A stretch of DNA of 64,000 nucleotides from a virus. Lineage: Duplodnaviria; Caudoviricetes. This document shows positions 18,211-28,367 of the stretch, piece after piece. Every line of letters begins with the position of its first letter. Position 1 is the first letter of the stretch. The stretch covers positions 2,013 to 66,012 of the IMG/VR virus record IMGVR_UViG_3300045282_000227; one strand, given 5' to 3'. A program made the position numbers and the translations under genes. The notes under the pieces are model-generated. The model ran no database searches, was not told where the DNA came from, and worked only from the letters and a program-made list of their open reading frames with translations.

Positions 18211-21056
18211 GCATCGTTGACACTTCACATCTGTTCGGCGTTGGACTGCGTGTGTTCATCGAGCAGTATTGCAAGCTGAACCAGACACGGTACTCGTTTG
18301 CGATGCTGCACCAGGGTGGTTATGACCATGCCGTCAAGCAGTTCTTTATCCACTCGGATCAGCTCGATCAGTACCAAGAGGGCGTGATTCCGGATTGGAT
18401 GAAGGACGTCTTCATCGTGAACGAACTGGACTATTTCAATCAGAACTTCTTTCAGAAGAGAGTCGTCAAATGAAAAAGGCAAGAGAGAACATGACCGTCG
18501 AAGAACTCCACGAGAAGCGTCTCGAGGTTCTCGACACCATCCGCGAGTTGCATACGACCGTGCACCTGGAAGAGCAGTCGATGGTCATCCTGAAGAAGGT
18601 GATCCAATCGGTCGGCAACCTCATCCAGCTCAACCGTCGTGAGCTCATCAGCGACTACGACGACCTGCTCGATGGCAACCTGACGACTCTGGTTCGCCAC
18701 TACAATCGACAACGCCACCACAATCGTGTTTGCGTCCGAGAGCTCGGCGAGACCTTGAAAGCGGCAAAGGTCGCCGTCAAAGAGTTGAGCCGCGAAATCA
18801 GTTATCTGGAAAGGGAACTGCCATGAATTTTCTCTGCATGATGATCTTGCACTTCGGCATGGGCAACCCGGTGTTCTGTCATAACGACGAACGCCAATAT
18901 CCCGTGCACCCGCCGCATCGTCACTATCAGCCGTACTACCCACCGGAGCCAGGTCCGACTCCTTGCCCGGTGCCCGATACCTATGGTGTCTGCACCAAAC
19001 CAGGCGGCTGAGATGACCACCGAACTTGAACAGGTCAAAGCGGAACTCGAGAAGGCGCGTGAATGTGTCCGTGCCATCAAGATCCGACTTCACTTCATGG
19101 ACTGGCCAGCCGAGTCATTCTGGAACGCTGGCTCGGAAGAATCTCCGTGGTGGATCTCTGACTGGCGCTACGAAATTGGCCTGATCGAGAACGTGCTTCA
19201 CGGCACTCCGATCACCCAACCCGAGAAGCCAGACGATACGCAGCCCGCAAATGTCTTGGCCGAAAAGGGTCTGCTCCCGAGAGCCTGGAAGGATCCAGAT
19301 AACGCACAACCACTCCCACCTGGAACCCAGGCGTTCTTGCTCGGACACGAGTACAAGACACTCGGTGGTGACACCGTCAAGCTCGTCACCATCTCTAACG
19401 GTGGAACTGACTACGAATGCATGGCCGATGAAGCCGGCGTTCACAGATACACTCGTCGATTCAACACATGGGAATTTGGTCGGACCACTGGTTCACCAAT
19501 CGACTGCCCAAAGAACCTCGTCCCTGTAGTCCGGAGATTCAAATGATCAAGGGCAAGGATTTCGATCTGTCCAACAAGGATGAGATTCAGTATGATGCGT
19601 TCATACCGAACTTCTCGCGGAACAAGCACGATCGTCATGACATCATGTCACGCGAACTCTGGCTCAGCGAAGTCGAAACGCACGGGTTCATTGACTATGA
19701 CGGCTACGGTGATGCAGTGACCGATGATGGCACGATCCTCCAGCGCATTCGACCTTCGATCGCCAAGGACCTCCATCCGATGGCTACCTGGATCGTCTGG
19801 TACAACCGATGAGCGACTTCCCGAAACTGAATGTCAGAACCGGCAACGGCAGTGGACTCGAAATCCAATGTAAGTTACCAGAGGCCTTCAACTGCGTAGA
19901 GTTCACCCTTCGTGGTGATGTTCCACAGACGATCTTGATGGCACCGTGGATGCAGTTCGAACCAGCCGCTCTGGCAGACTTCCGTCAGAAAATGGCCTAT
20001 GAGATTGCACGCCGCGCCGAAGTTCACGATGATCTCATCAAGGAAGTGACTCACCTCCAAGAACAGGTGGAAACTCTGCATCAGATAATGGATCGTCGTC
20101 ACACAACCCAAGAGACGACATTCAAGATGTGGAAGAACGACCGTGCGAAGGCAGGCTTCCCTGAAGACTTCTCAGACATCAACTGGCCACCCGAAATGAT
20201 GAGCGGATACGACCGAGTATGAAGACTCTCGAATACAACACAGGTGATCCCATCGAGAAAGGTGTCTATGCGTGCCGAGTCGATGGCAAGATGCCTCCAT
20301 TCCACGAGGACAAGTTCCTGATGTGGTTCGATGGTGACTGGGGTTACCTCGGAAGCGACCAGAGCTATCGAGGTGTCGTCCACGGATGGATTGGTCCACT
20401 GAGCAGGACGAGATCATGAACGTCTATCACGGTTGTGTAGATGAGCGGGGTTCCTGGGGTTACTACCTGTACATTGACATTGTCATTGTCGCAAACACCG
20501 AGGCAGAAGCTCTAGGTCTCGCTCTCGAGAGCAATTCAGACACCAATGCGAGTCAATGGAAGATCGAACAGCTTGACTTGTCCAAGCCCGGAACGTATCA
20601 TATCTCGAGAGGAGAATCTTGACATGTTCAAAATGCATCCAGTTGATTTCATCTTCATCCTGTTCTTCTGCCTCGTCGGCTTCCTCATCGGTGGCGGACA
20701 TGGTGCACTGATAGGCCTGACCGTTGCGTTAGGCATCCTGCTGTTCAGCGCTTTCTTCCTCTGAGATGGACAAGCGCAAGCAAAAGAAGATTAAACGAGG
20801 GCTTGCAGCATATCGCAAGCCACCTTCGCCCTGTCCCAACTGTGGGAAGCCAGGTTCGCATTTCATCCCACCTTGTTTCGGTGATCCGGGAATGTGGGCA
20901 TGTGCCGCATTTAATCAGTTGACACCGAAGAAACTTCTCGACGAGAATCGGCGCGACTACGATCCGGAGACTTACGGCCTGAACGAAGGCCGTATCCGAG
21001 AGCTCATTCTGCCAAATGGTTTCGACGTCGACTCAATGGGGATTTCATTCGAATGA
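18207..21056 (+). CDS. Array of ~11 small coupled hypothetical ORFs
   Basis: Successive ATGA/RBS-coupled ORFs (e.g. 18207, 18470, 18823, 19013, 19543, 19809, 20219, 20416, 20624, 20766). Confidence 0.55.
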
Positions 21057-22009
21057 CAATTTCAGCAAAGGTGGTTGCGGACTCTGTGTCTGCAACGTCG
21101 GGTGCTCGTCTCACGACATTCGAGCTCGAGTATCCGCGATTCGTTCATGCGGAGTTCATGACCCACAGACTGTTCTCGCGCAACGCTGCTTCGTCTCGTG
21201 CCATCCCGGTCAAGCGTGCGATCGAGTTGATCCTCGAGAACACGGCCAAACCAATCCACTGGGGCAAGAACCAACCCGGAATGTCGGCCAAGGAAGAATG
21301 CGAGGCACGAATCGGTGCCGACTCTGAATTCTACGGCTACACGCGCCAAGAATGGTGGGAAGAAGCCCGTGATGCTGCCATCCTCCATGCCCAAGGATTC
21401 GACCGTTCTGGCTATCACAAGCAGATCGTCAATCGACTCCTCGAACCATATTCACACATCAAGGTCATCTGCTCAGCGACTGAGTTCGACAATTTCTTCC
21501 ACCTGCGCCGTCACCCGGATGCACAGCCCGAGATTCGTGAGCTGGCAGACCAGATGTGGCTGGCACGCGAGAATAGTATGCCAGTGCCGCTTGATCAAGG
21601 TGAATGGCATCTTCCATATTTCAGAGATGAATACACATCTGGATTTTGGACGGAACGCCAGAAAGATATCACTTCCCTCGAGGATGCTATCTCGATCTCG
21701 GCATCCTGCTGTGCCCAGGTGAGCTACAGGAAGCTCGACGACTCGTTGGAAAAGGCTCGCGACATCTACAAGCGATTGGTTGAATCACAACCTGTGCATG
21801 CTTCGCCGTTCGAGCACCAAGCGACGCCGATCGAATATGGTCCGGATGCACCGAGTCCGTTCGAGATCAAAGGCGTCACGCACTTCACGAACCTTGCAAG
21901 ACTCGGTCTACCTGAGTCAATCGCAGATGCGTGGTCGGGGAACTTCCGTGGTTGGGTCCAGCACAGGCACCTGATCCCAGACAACACCAAGTGGAGATAC
22001 GTCGGGTGA
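21053..22009 (+). CDS. thyX: Flavin-dependent thymidylate synthase
   Basis: EFMTHRLFSRNAASSRAIP, NRLLEP, LRRHPDAQPEI, HASPFEHQATP. Confidence 0.92.
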   Translation: MTISAKVVADSVSATSGARLTTFELEYPRFVHAEFMTHRLFSRNAASSRAIPVKRAIELILENTAKPIHWGKNQPGMSAKEECEARIGADSEFYGYTRQEWWEEARDAAILHAQGFDRSGYHKQIVNRLLEPYSHIKVICSATEFDNFFHLRRHPDAQPEIRELADQMWLARENSMPVPLDQGEWHLPYFRDEYTSGFWTERQKDITSLEDAISISASCCAQVSYRKLDDSLEKARDIYKRLVESQPVHASPFEHQATPIEYGPDAPSPFEIKGVTHFTNLARLGLPESIADAWSGNFRGWVQHRHLIPDNTKWRYVG

Positions 22010-22311
22010 CCTACGAATATGTGGGTCAGTTCCTCCTCGTAGTCTTGTTGATGGCGGTTGTCGATGTCTGCTATGCGAGGTACACTCTCGAGATGGTCGC
22101 CAAGCGTGCAATGCCGGCGGCCCTCTGGTCTGGATCGATCATGGCGTGCGGATCATTCGTCACGGTGAACTATGTCCACGACCGGACGTTCATCTTCGCT
22201 GCCATCCTCGGTGCCTTCATTGGTACATACTACACCATCCTACATTCAAACAGGAACGACGATGAACCAGCAGCTACAGAAATTGGTGGCCACCATGGAA
22301 CTGCGGTTTAA
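22006..22311 (+). CDS. Small multi-pass membrane protein
   Basis: GTGA overlap; ~3 hydrophobic helices, GAFIGTY. Confidence 0.6.
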   Translation: MTYEYVGQFLLVVLLMAVVDVCYARYTLEMVAKRAMPAALWSGSIMACGSFVTVNYVHDRTFIFAAILGAFIGTYYTILHSNRNDDEPAATEIGGHHGTAV

Positions 22312-22422
22312 GTCAGGGAACTCGGTTCCTGTCGAGCGCGCCTATATCAAGCCAGAAGAGTGGGCGCTGGTCCGTCAGCAACTCCAAGTAGCGGATGGTC
22401 TGATCATGCTTGCGTTGAAGAA

Positions 22423-22791
22423 ATGAAAATCCTAGTAACCGGCGGTCGCGACTTCACAGGACGAGATCTTGTCAAGAAGACTCTTCTCGAGTTCGTCACT
22501 ATCTTTGGACGACCAGAACTCCTGATCCACGGCGGTGCACGCGGTGCGGATACCATCTGCGGTGAAGAGGCCACGAAGCTCGGTATCAGAACTCTAGTGG
22601 TTCTGCCAGATTGGGAAAGGTTCAAACACACCGCGGCCATCCTGCGCAACCAAGAGATGGTTGACATGAAACCCGACTTCCTTCTCCCGTTTCCCGGTGG
22701 AAGTGGAACTCGAGATTGCATGAAAAGGGCCAAGAAAGCAGGCATTCCTTTCTACCAGTACCAAGAGCCGCTAGACGATAATTTCTTTTGA
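22423..22791 (+). CDS. SLOG (YspA/DUF2493-like) protein
   Basis: ILVTGGRDF, IHGGARGAD, RNQEM, FPGGSGTRDC. Confidence 0.9.
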   Translation: MKILVTGGRDFTGRDLVKKTLLEFVTIFGRPELLIHGGARGADTICGEEATKLGIRTLVVLPDWERFKHTAAILRNQEMVDMKPDFLLPFPGGSGTRDCMKRAKKAGIPFYQYQEPLDDNFF

Positions 22792-22799
22792 AGTTTCCT

Positions 22800-22874
22800 T
22801 GTAAGTCATTGAAATCCATTGACAAACACGATTTAGACTCCGTTTGGCATTTTCAATAGAATCAATGGGTTAGC
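22800..22874. repeat. Inverted pair of TAASYCATTGA motifs in an AT-rich intergenic gap
   Basis: TGTAAGTCATTGAAAT (22800) ... AATCAATGGGTTAG (22860). Confidence 0.55.
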
Positions 22875-22932
22875 GAGTGAAAAGATTTATGACCAGAACG
22901 CAAATACAACACATTCTTCTCTAAATACACGG

Positions 22933-23403
22933 ATGAAGAAGATTGTTGAGTTCAGGCATCAATACAATTGGTTGAGTAATTTCTTTGCCTCACCGATCGA
23001 GTCTGCCTGTGGCCTAACCTTCCCAACGGCTGAACATTGCTACCAGGCACAGAAGTCTCTGAACCCAGAGATCCATCTTCTGATGTCGAAATTGTGCTTC
23101 CCCTCACACGCCAAGAAGTTCGGACAGACAATCAGGATTCGCCCAGGTTGGATGGACTGCAGAGTTGCCGTCATGCGCAACGTGATTGAGGCCAAGTTCG
23201 AACAGCATCCCGTCCTTGCAAACTGCCTTGTGAATACAGACGATGCCGAACTGATTGAGGGCAACGAATGGGGTGATCGCTTCTGGGGTGTGTACAACGG
23301 CGAAGGCGAGAACTGGCTCGGAAGGATTCTGATGGAACGCCGTTCGATTCTTCAAGGTAAGATCCCGAGCCTCCCGTGGGAAACAATATCTCGACGTTCT
23401 TGA
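22933..23403 (+). CDS. NADAR (YbiA-like) ADP-ribosyl hydrolase
   Basis: LSNFF..FPTAEHCYQAQK..AKFEQHP..LIEGNEWGDRFWG...GENWLGRILM. Confidence 0.93.
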   Translation: MKKIVEFRHQYNWLSNFFASPIESACGLTFPTAEHCYQAQKSLNPEIHLLMSKLCFPSHAKKFGQTIRIRPGWMDCRVAVMRNVIEAKFEQHPVLANCLVNTDDAELIEGNEWGDRFWGVYNGEGENWLGRILMERRSILQGKIPSLPWETISRRS

Positions 23404-23428
23404 GTTCCACACGGTCCCACCGTATCAT
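23400..23428 (+). promoter_or_regulatory. sigma70-type promoter
   Basis: TTGAGT-17-TATCAT; ATG 7 nt downstream. Confidence 0.6.
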
Positions 23429-23454
23429 TTGATTATGAATCCAGTGAGTTCAAT

Positions 23455-23961
23455 ATGAGCAAGCGTTTCGTTTCGACCAAAGAATACAAGGACCTCGGCC
23501 CGGTTGCATATCACCAATGGCGCGATCGCGACGGGAATTGCAACCTCCTCCACGGCTACAGCCTGAGCTTCTATTTCGAGTTCGAGTCAGACAGTCTCGA
23601 CTTCCGGAATTGGGTGGTGGACTACGGTTCGCTGAAGCCCTTGAAAGACACTCTCGAGGACTGGTTCGACCACACTCTGCTCGTGGCGTCCGATGATCCG
23701 ATGTACGCCGAACTGGTGCGCTTGGGTGAGCTCGGCCTCGCCAAGATCACTGAAGTCGAAGCCACGGGCTGTGAAGCCCTGGCAGATTTCATATACAAGT
23801 GGATCAACTCTGGCTTCCTCCAAGACCTCGGTTGCCCGAAAGACGTCTGGTGCTCCAAGGTCCAGGTTCGTGAGACCGAGCGCAACATGGCATTCCGTCA
23901 AGGTCACCGAGAGGACAACGAAGATCTGTTCTGTCCATCTGCCATGTATCGGAGGAACTGA
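23455..23961 (+). CDS. queD: 6-carboxytetrahydropterin synthase (QueD/PTPS family)
   Basis: CNLLHGYS, NWVVDYG, FDHTLL, GCE, VRET. Confidence 0.88.
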   Translation: MSKRFVSTKEYKDLGPVAYHQWRDRDGNCNLLHGYSLSFYFEFESDSLDFRNWVVDYGSLKPLKDTLEDWFDHTLLVASDDPMYAELVRLGELGLAKITEVEATGCEALADFIYKWINSGFLQDLGCPKDVWCSKVQVRETERNMAFRQGHREDNEDLFCPSAMYRRN

Positions 23962-24190
23962 TGTTCAGTGACCAAGCAATCCAGAATTTCATAACCAATG
24001 GCGTGAAGCACCGCATCGAAGTTTCGTTGCTGAAACTGAATCTCGCTCTAGAAGATGCTCGTAAGCTCGGTATCGAACTGACTTTGTATTCTTACTATGA
24101 CAGTGGTAAGCAGTTTGGCAAGGTGGAATACAAGAATCCGCTACCTCCACAAGCACCAAGCGAGCGTTGGGTCGGAGATCGACAAGACAC

Positions 24191-24219
24191 TTGACACCAT
24201 AAACGAATTCCATTAGTAT
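24191..24219 (+). promoter_or_regulatory. sigma70-type promoter
   Basis: TTGACA-17-TAGTAT. Confidence 0.65.
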
Positions 24220-24225
24220 GGTGGG

Positions 24226-24990
24226 ATGGTAGAGCCAGATACTCTAAATACAGATGTCTCTAATTTCAGACTCTGTATGATCAAGAACTTGCAAGATCTG
24301 GCTGTTCAATTCGTCGAACAAGAGTTCAAGGCGCAAGTCGAATTCATCAAGAATCGATATGAGTTTGGATCTGAGTACGATCCGAAGCTCATCGTAAACC
24401 ACAAATCAACTGCAAGACAGCACGAGGGCGGCATCATTGATGGTCGTCCTTACATACAGGTTGTCCTCTACGAGATCGAGGATTATGTCGGCAAGGTCGA
24501 CGAAGACGTTCAATTCAACGAATATGACTTCATCAAGAATGATCCAGACATCGGAAACATCAAGGCCAACTGGAAACGCTACCTAGCTTGCATCATCGCG
24601 CACGAGCTGGCACACACGGTCACGTTTCACTCACTACCAGGTCTTCGTGAACATGTGGCCAGCTTCTATCCACACAAGGTTGCCAAGGATTGGAGACGCG
24701 ATCATGGTCTTCTCTGGAGGGCGGTTTACCGTGAAATCAGAGTTTGGATCCGTTCGAGAGAGTTCCCGGTTCGAATGGTCTATGATAGCTCCAAGCTCAA
24801 ACTCACGAAGACCAAGGCCGGCCAGAAGATCTATGTCAACTTCAATGTCTTGAACGATGACGAGTGGAGTGTGATCCATAGTTACGTGAAGCGCGAGGGA
24901 CGGATTTATGCCATCAAGCCAGTCGGACTGATGGAGACAACATTCAAGGATTTCAAAGAAATCAGGAAGTGGTTGATCGGAAAGACTTGA
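24226..24990 (+). CDS. Putative zinc metalloprotease (SprT-like); alternative start 24277
   Basis: IIAHELAH followed by HG..W. Confidence 0.6.
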   Translation: MVEPDTLNTDVSNFRLCMIKNLQDLAVQFVEQEFKAQVEFIKNRYEFGSEYDPKLIVNHKSTARQHEGGIIDGRPYIQVVLYEIEDYVGKVDEDVQFNEYDFIKNDPDIGNIKANWKRYLACIIAHELAHTVTFHSLPGLREHVASFYPHKVAKDWRRDHGLLWRAVYREIRVWIRSREFPVRMVYDSSKLKLTKTKAGQKIYVNFNVLNDDEWSVIHSYVKREGRIYAIKPVGLMETTFKDFKEIRKWLIGKT

Positions 24991-25015
24991 CAAGAACTGT
25001 CATATCTGACATAAT
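24987..25015 (+). promoter_or_regulatory. sigma70-type promoter
   Basis: TTGACA-17-CATAAT. Confidence 0.75.
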
Positions 25016-25043
25016 TAGTGACAATTGAGATTGGACTCATACT

Positions 25044-26099
25044 ATGCGCAAACTCGTGACACTCCGCCGTATCAAAGACATCCAGCCCATCCCGAATGCC
25101 GACGCTATCGAAGTCGCAACGGTTGATGGTTGGAAAGTCGTCGTCAAGAAAGGTGAATTCAAGATCAACGATCTTGTCATCTATTTCGAGATCGACTCAG
25201 TCCTTCCACAGGGACGCGAAGAGTTCGAGTTCCTCATGCCACGCGGCTGCAAGTCCTGGACGACAGAAGACAACGATACTCTGGTCGGCCACCGTCTCCG
25301 TTCGATCAAGCTCCGCGGCCAGGTCTCGCAGGGTCTGATCATTCCCGTGGATCCAAAAGTCGTAGACATTGATTTCGACACTGAAGGTGATATGAGTCAT
25401 ATCTTCGGCGTCAAGAAGTACGAAATGCCGATCTCCCCGCAGATGGCCGGACAGATCCGTGGCAACTATCCAGGTTGGTTGCCGAAGACCGATCAGGAGC
25501 GCGTCCAGAACTGCCACGATGTGATCCCACCGGGCTTGTACACAGTCGAGGAGAAGATGGAAGGTTCAAGCATGACCATCTACCACGACAGTGAATCACT
25601 CGGCGTCACCTCTCGGAATGTCGATCTCAAGCTCGATCAAGAAGGCAACATCTTCGTCGATCTAGCCAAAGACACTGGACTGTTCGAGGGTCTGACGAAT
25701 TGGTCTGTGAACAACCCTGGCATGAGAATTGCCATCCGTGGCGAACTGCTAGGTCCTGGTGTACAAGGCAATATCTACCGGAACCAGCACAATATCTTCC
25801 ATATCTTTGACATCTGGATCGATGGCGAGTATCTCACGTATGCTGAGCGCTCTGATTTCTTCGAAGCACACCTCTTGCCGCATGTCAACAGAAACCACAC
25901 CGTCGACTTCGCTAAGGAACTCTTTCGGGCTGCTCTACCTGTTCCGATCGAAACGCTGATCGCACTGGCAGATGGTCAGTCTGGTTACTTCCCGACTTTG
26001 AGGGAAGGTTTGGTCTTCAAGAGTACGTTCAGAACACCGTCAGGCGTGTTCAGCTTTAAGTCTGTGTCTCAGAAGTATCTCTTAGCTGAGAAGCAGTAA
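25044..26099 (+). CDS. RNA ligase, DRB0094 family
   Basis: RKLVT..IPNADAIE..YFEIDS..LRGQVSQG..KTDQER..EKMEGSS..GE..EGLVFK..SFK. Confidence 0.92.
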   Translation: MRKLVTLRRIKDIQPIPNADAIEVATVDGWKVVVKKGEFKINDLVIYFEIDSVLPQGREEFEFLMPRGCKSWTTEDNDTLVGHRLRSIKLRGQVSQGLIIPVDPKVVDIDFDTEGDMSHIFGVKKYEMPISPQMAGQIRGNYPGWLPKTDQERVQNCHDVIPPGLYTVEEKMEGSSMTIYHDSESLGVTSRNVDLKLDQEGNIFVDLAKDTGLFEGLTNWSVNNPGMRIAIRGELLGPGVQGNIYRNQHNIFHIFDIWIDGEYLTYAERSDFFEAHLLPHVNRNHTVDFAKELFRAALPVPIETLIALADGQSGYFPTLREGLVFKSTFRTPSGVFSFKSVSQKYLLAEKQ

Positions 26100-26406
26100 G
26101 TCGATTCACCAAGATTTGCAGGAGCGCAGTCTGTGACTTCAGCTGCGCATTCTGTACTGTGAGTTTCCGAATCGTTTCGATAGCCGACTTGTTTTCGCCA
26201 CCGACGGACATCATGTCGGCCTTGAGAGCCTTGACCTCTGCCAAGGCATTTTCTCTCTGACGAATCAAGAGATCGATCACATCTGTTTCGGCTCGATCCT
26301 TTGCAAGTTCGAGTCGGTCCTTACTGATACGGCGTAGGAAAACGAAAGCGCCGAGAACGGCGCTTAGAAATGCCCCACCGAGGAAGGTAGTAAGATCAAG
26401 GGTCAC
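26056..26406 (-). CDS. Single-TM coiled-coil protein (possible lysis accessory)
   Basis: N-terminal TM then heptad-rich region; co-transcribed with 26403-26681. Confidence 0.55.
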   Translation of the reverse strand: MTLDLTTFLGGAFLSAVLGAFVFLRRISKDRLELAKDRAETDVIDLLIRQRENALAEVKALKADMMSVGGENKSAIETIRKLTVQNAQLKSQTALLQILVNRLTASQLRDTSETQT

Positions 26407-26681
26407 GATAGTAGTTTGATAAGGTATCGGCGAAAACGGCCTTTCTGCCTATACTCGTGCCATGATTTGTGTCCTTCGAGATCGCTGTCTGGGAAGGCCC
26501 TATCTATCACGGATTGAATTTTGGCTTGTAAAGCAAGTCCTTGGGCTTCACATTCTACCAATCGAGCGTCGTAGAACTCAACATCTTGACGAAGGTCTTG
26601 GACTAGAATGAGAATCTGAGTAAGGAGGGCGTCAGAATCAGGCGTCGGGGTCATGGAAGAAGGGCTGAGTATGGGGTTCAC
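26403..26681 (-). CDS. Hypothetical protein
   Basis: Downstream of a minus-strand TAAATA box; GTGA coupling to next gene. Confidence 0.6.
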   Translation of the reverse strand: MNPILSPSSMTPTPDSDALLTQILILVQDLRQDVEFYDARLVECEAQGLALQAKIQSVIDRAFPDSDLEGHKSWHEYRQKGRFRRYLIKLLS

Positions 26682-26684
26682 ACA

Positions 26685-26711
26685 TATTTAAGAGATTTGA
26701 GACCTTAAATA
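26685..26711. promoter_or_regulatory. Divergent pair of T4-late-like TAAATA promoters
   Basis: TATTTAA ... TTAAATA back to back between divergent genes. Confidence 0.6.
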
Positions 26712-26714
26712 TCA

Positions 26715-27657
26715 TTGATAATACAGGTGGATTCTATGGCTGTCACGAAAGCTAACGTCATTACATTACTAGCCTCTGGAGCCAATTGGACTACTGGTGC
26801 TGGTGCCCGAAAGGCCAACGGTAAACCCTGCGCGCCGTGCCATCCACTCGCCGTGAAATGGGACCTCGAGGGTGCGCTCATGAAGCTCTGCCGAGCCGAT
26901 ACGCCTGGCAACTATACAACCTATCACGCACTTCTCGCGAATATCGAAAGCAACATTCCTGGTCACCAGAAAGACATCGGAAGATGGAACGATGGTCAGG
27001 TCTGGAATGCAATTCTAGGAATCCTCAATGCTTGATCTACCTGTTGTAACTGACGACTTCGACGGTCAATGTGCTGCGCTCGATGGATCCATTCGAGCTG
27101 CTGCCATTGCGAATATGTTTTACTACGAAGCCCTCGCTCCGGTGTTCCTCCCTATCGAGATCATTCCCGATGTCGTCGCCAAACTGGTCAGACACTACAC
27201 CCTTCGTGGCTTCAATGTCCACTATGATGGCATCCTCGGCAAACTGACGATAGCATGGGATCACCCCTCCATGAACATCGGCGAACTTGCCCAGATCAAT
27301 CGCGCAATCCCGGCCATGGTCCCGAATCTCGGCATCAAGTTCAGAGCCGGTCTCCTCTATCTCTGCATGACAAACAATACCGATCTACGTGATCACTCTG
27401 ATGTGACGATGCAGCGCGAGTTGGATGCAGGTATCAAGGCAGCTGCCGCTCTTGGCAACACTGATCTCGAGTTTGGTTTCCCAGACGTTCCGGCTCCGGT
27501 CGTTCAGCGTCTCTTTGCCGCTACATTCCAGAAGTTGCAGGACAAGGGCTTCATGGTTCTCTTCGACGTCAACTCGAACATGTTCATTGCACGCTGGGGC
27601 AATACATTATCTCTATCGATGTTGGATGGTTCAACCGCAAGTGTAGTGATGGCCTGA
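26715..27657 (+). CDS. Two hypothetical late proteins (26715/26736-27035; 27028-27657)
   Basis: ORFs after late box; first has a W..G..AR...G...A..W...GA pattern (DUF6197-like). Confidence 0.6.
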
Positions 27658-27663
27658 TACGAC

Positions 27664-28341
27664 ATGGGATCACTTGTCATTGGTAGCCGTAAGCGCCGAG
27701 TGCCTGGCCTAGAAATCGACTACAGCCAGAACCGTTCGAACTCTGGTTACGTTCCGCTACAACCAAATCCAGGTGATCCGGTCACCACGATTCCTGTTAC
27801 TGGTGTCGGTGACATGTACAAGGCGATCTATGACCAAAACAACAACAATGTCGTCGACAATGTAGACGCGGTTGGTATTCCACAAGTCACTGGCTTGCAG
27901 CAAGTCCTAATCGATCTCGAGAATCAGATCGGCTCTGGCTCGCCAGGAACCGGAACACCGAACATCATCACAATCTTGAACTCGGGCACCGACTCGTTCA
28001 TCCCAGGTCGTCCAGTCTGCAAGCTCCAGGATGGCACCGTCATGATCGGTAGTGCTCTCGAGCCATACCAGAGAGTCATCGGTCTAGCTGTCGAGGATAC
28101 ATTACCTGGCCAGATGTTGAAGGTTCAGGTCTCAGGCATCATGTCATTGACTGTGAGTCAATGGGAGAACGTAACGAACATTTTCGGCGGTCTACAGGCG
28201 GGCCCACTCTACTACGTGAGCGCCGCATCGTGGATCACTCCAGTCGTAACAACCAACAGACCAGAATGGTTGATTAAGGTAGGGCAGGGAATAAATACAA
28301 CTGACCTCCTGATAGATCTCGACTTGTCTGTCAAATTGTGA
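27664..28341 (+). CDS. Virion structural protein
   Basis: GDMYKAIYD.N.N.VVD motif; C-terminal domain similar to the C-terminus of the next gene (QW..VT...GGL..G..YY). Confidence 0.65.
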   Translation: MGSLVIGSRKRRVPGLEIDYSQNRSNSGYVPLQPNPGDPVTTIPVTGVGDMYKAIYDQNNNNVVDNVDAVGIPQVTGLQQVLIDLENQIGSGSPGTGTPNIITILNSGTDSFIPGRPVCKLQDGTVMIGSALEPYQRVIGLAVEDTLPGQMLKVQVSGIMSLTVSQWENVTNIFGGLQAGPLYYVSAASWITPVVTTNRPEWLIKVGQGINTTDLLIDLDLSVKL

Positions 28342-28367
28342 ACCAAATCATCTAAAGAGAAGCTAAT

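Noticed and set aside
21053-22009. Intron or intein in thyX, nadV or the ligases
   Set aside because: The ORFs are continuous and of normal length, with no intein terminal motifs
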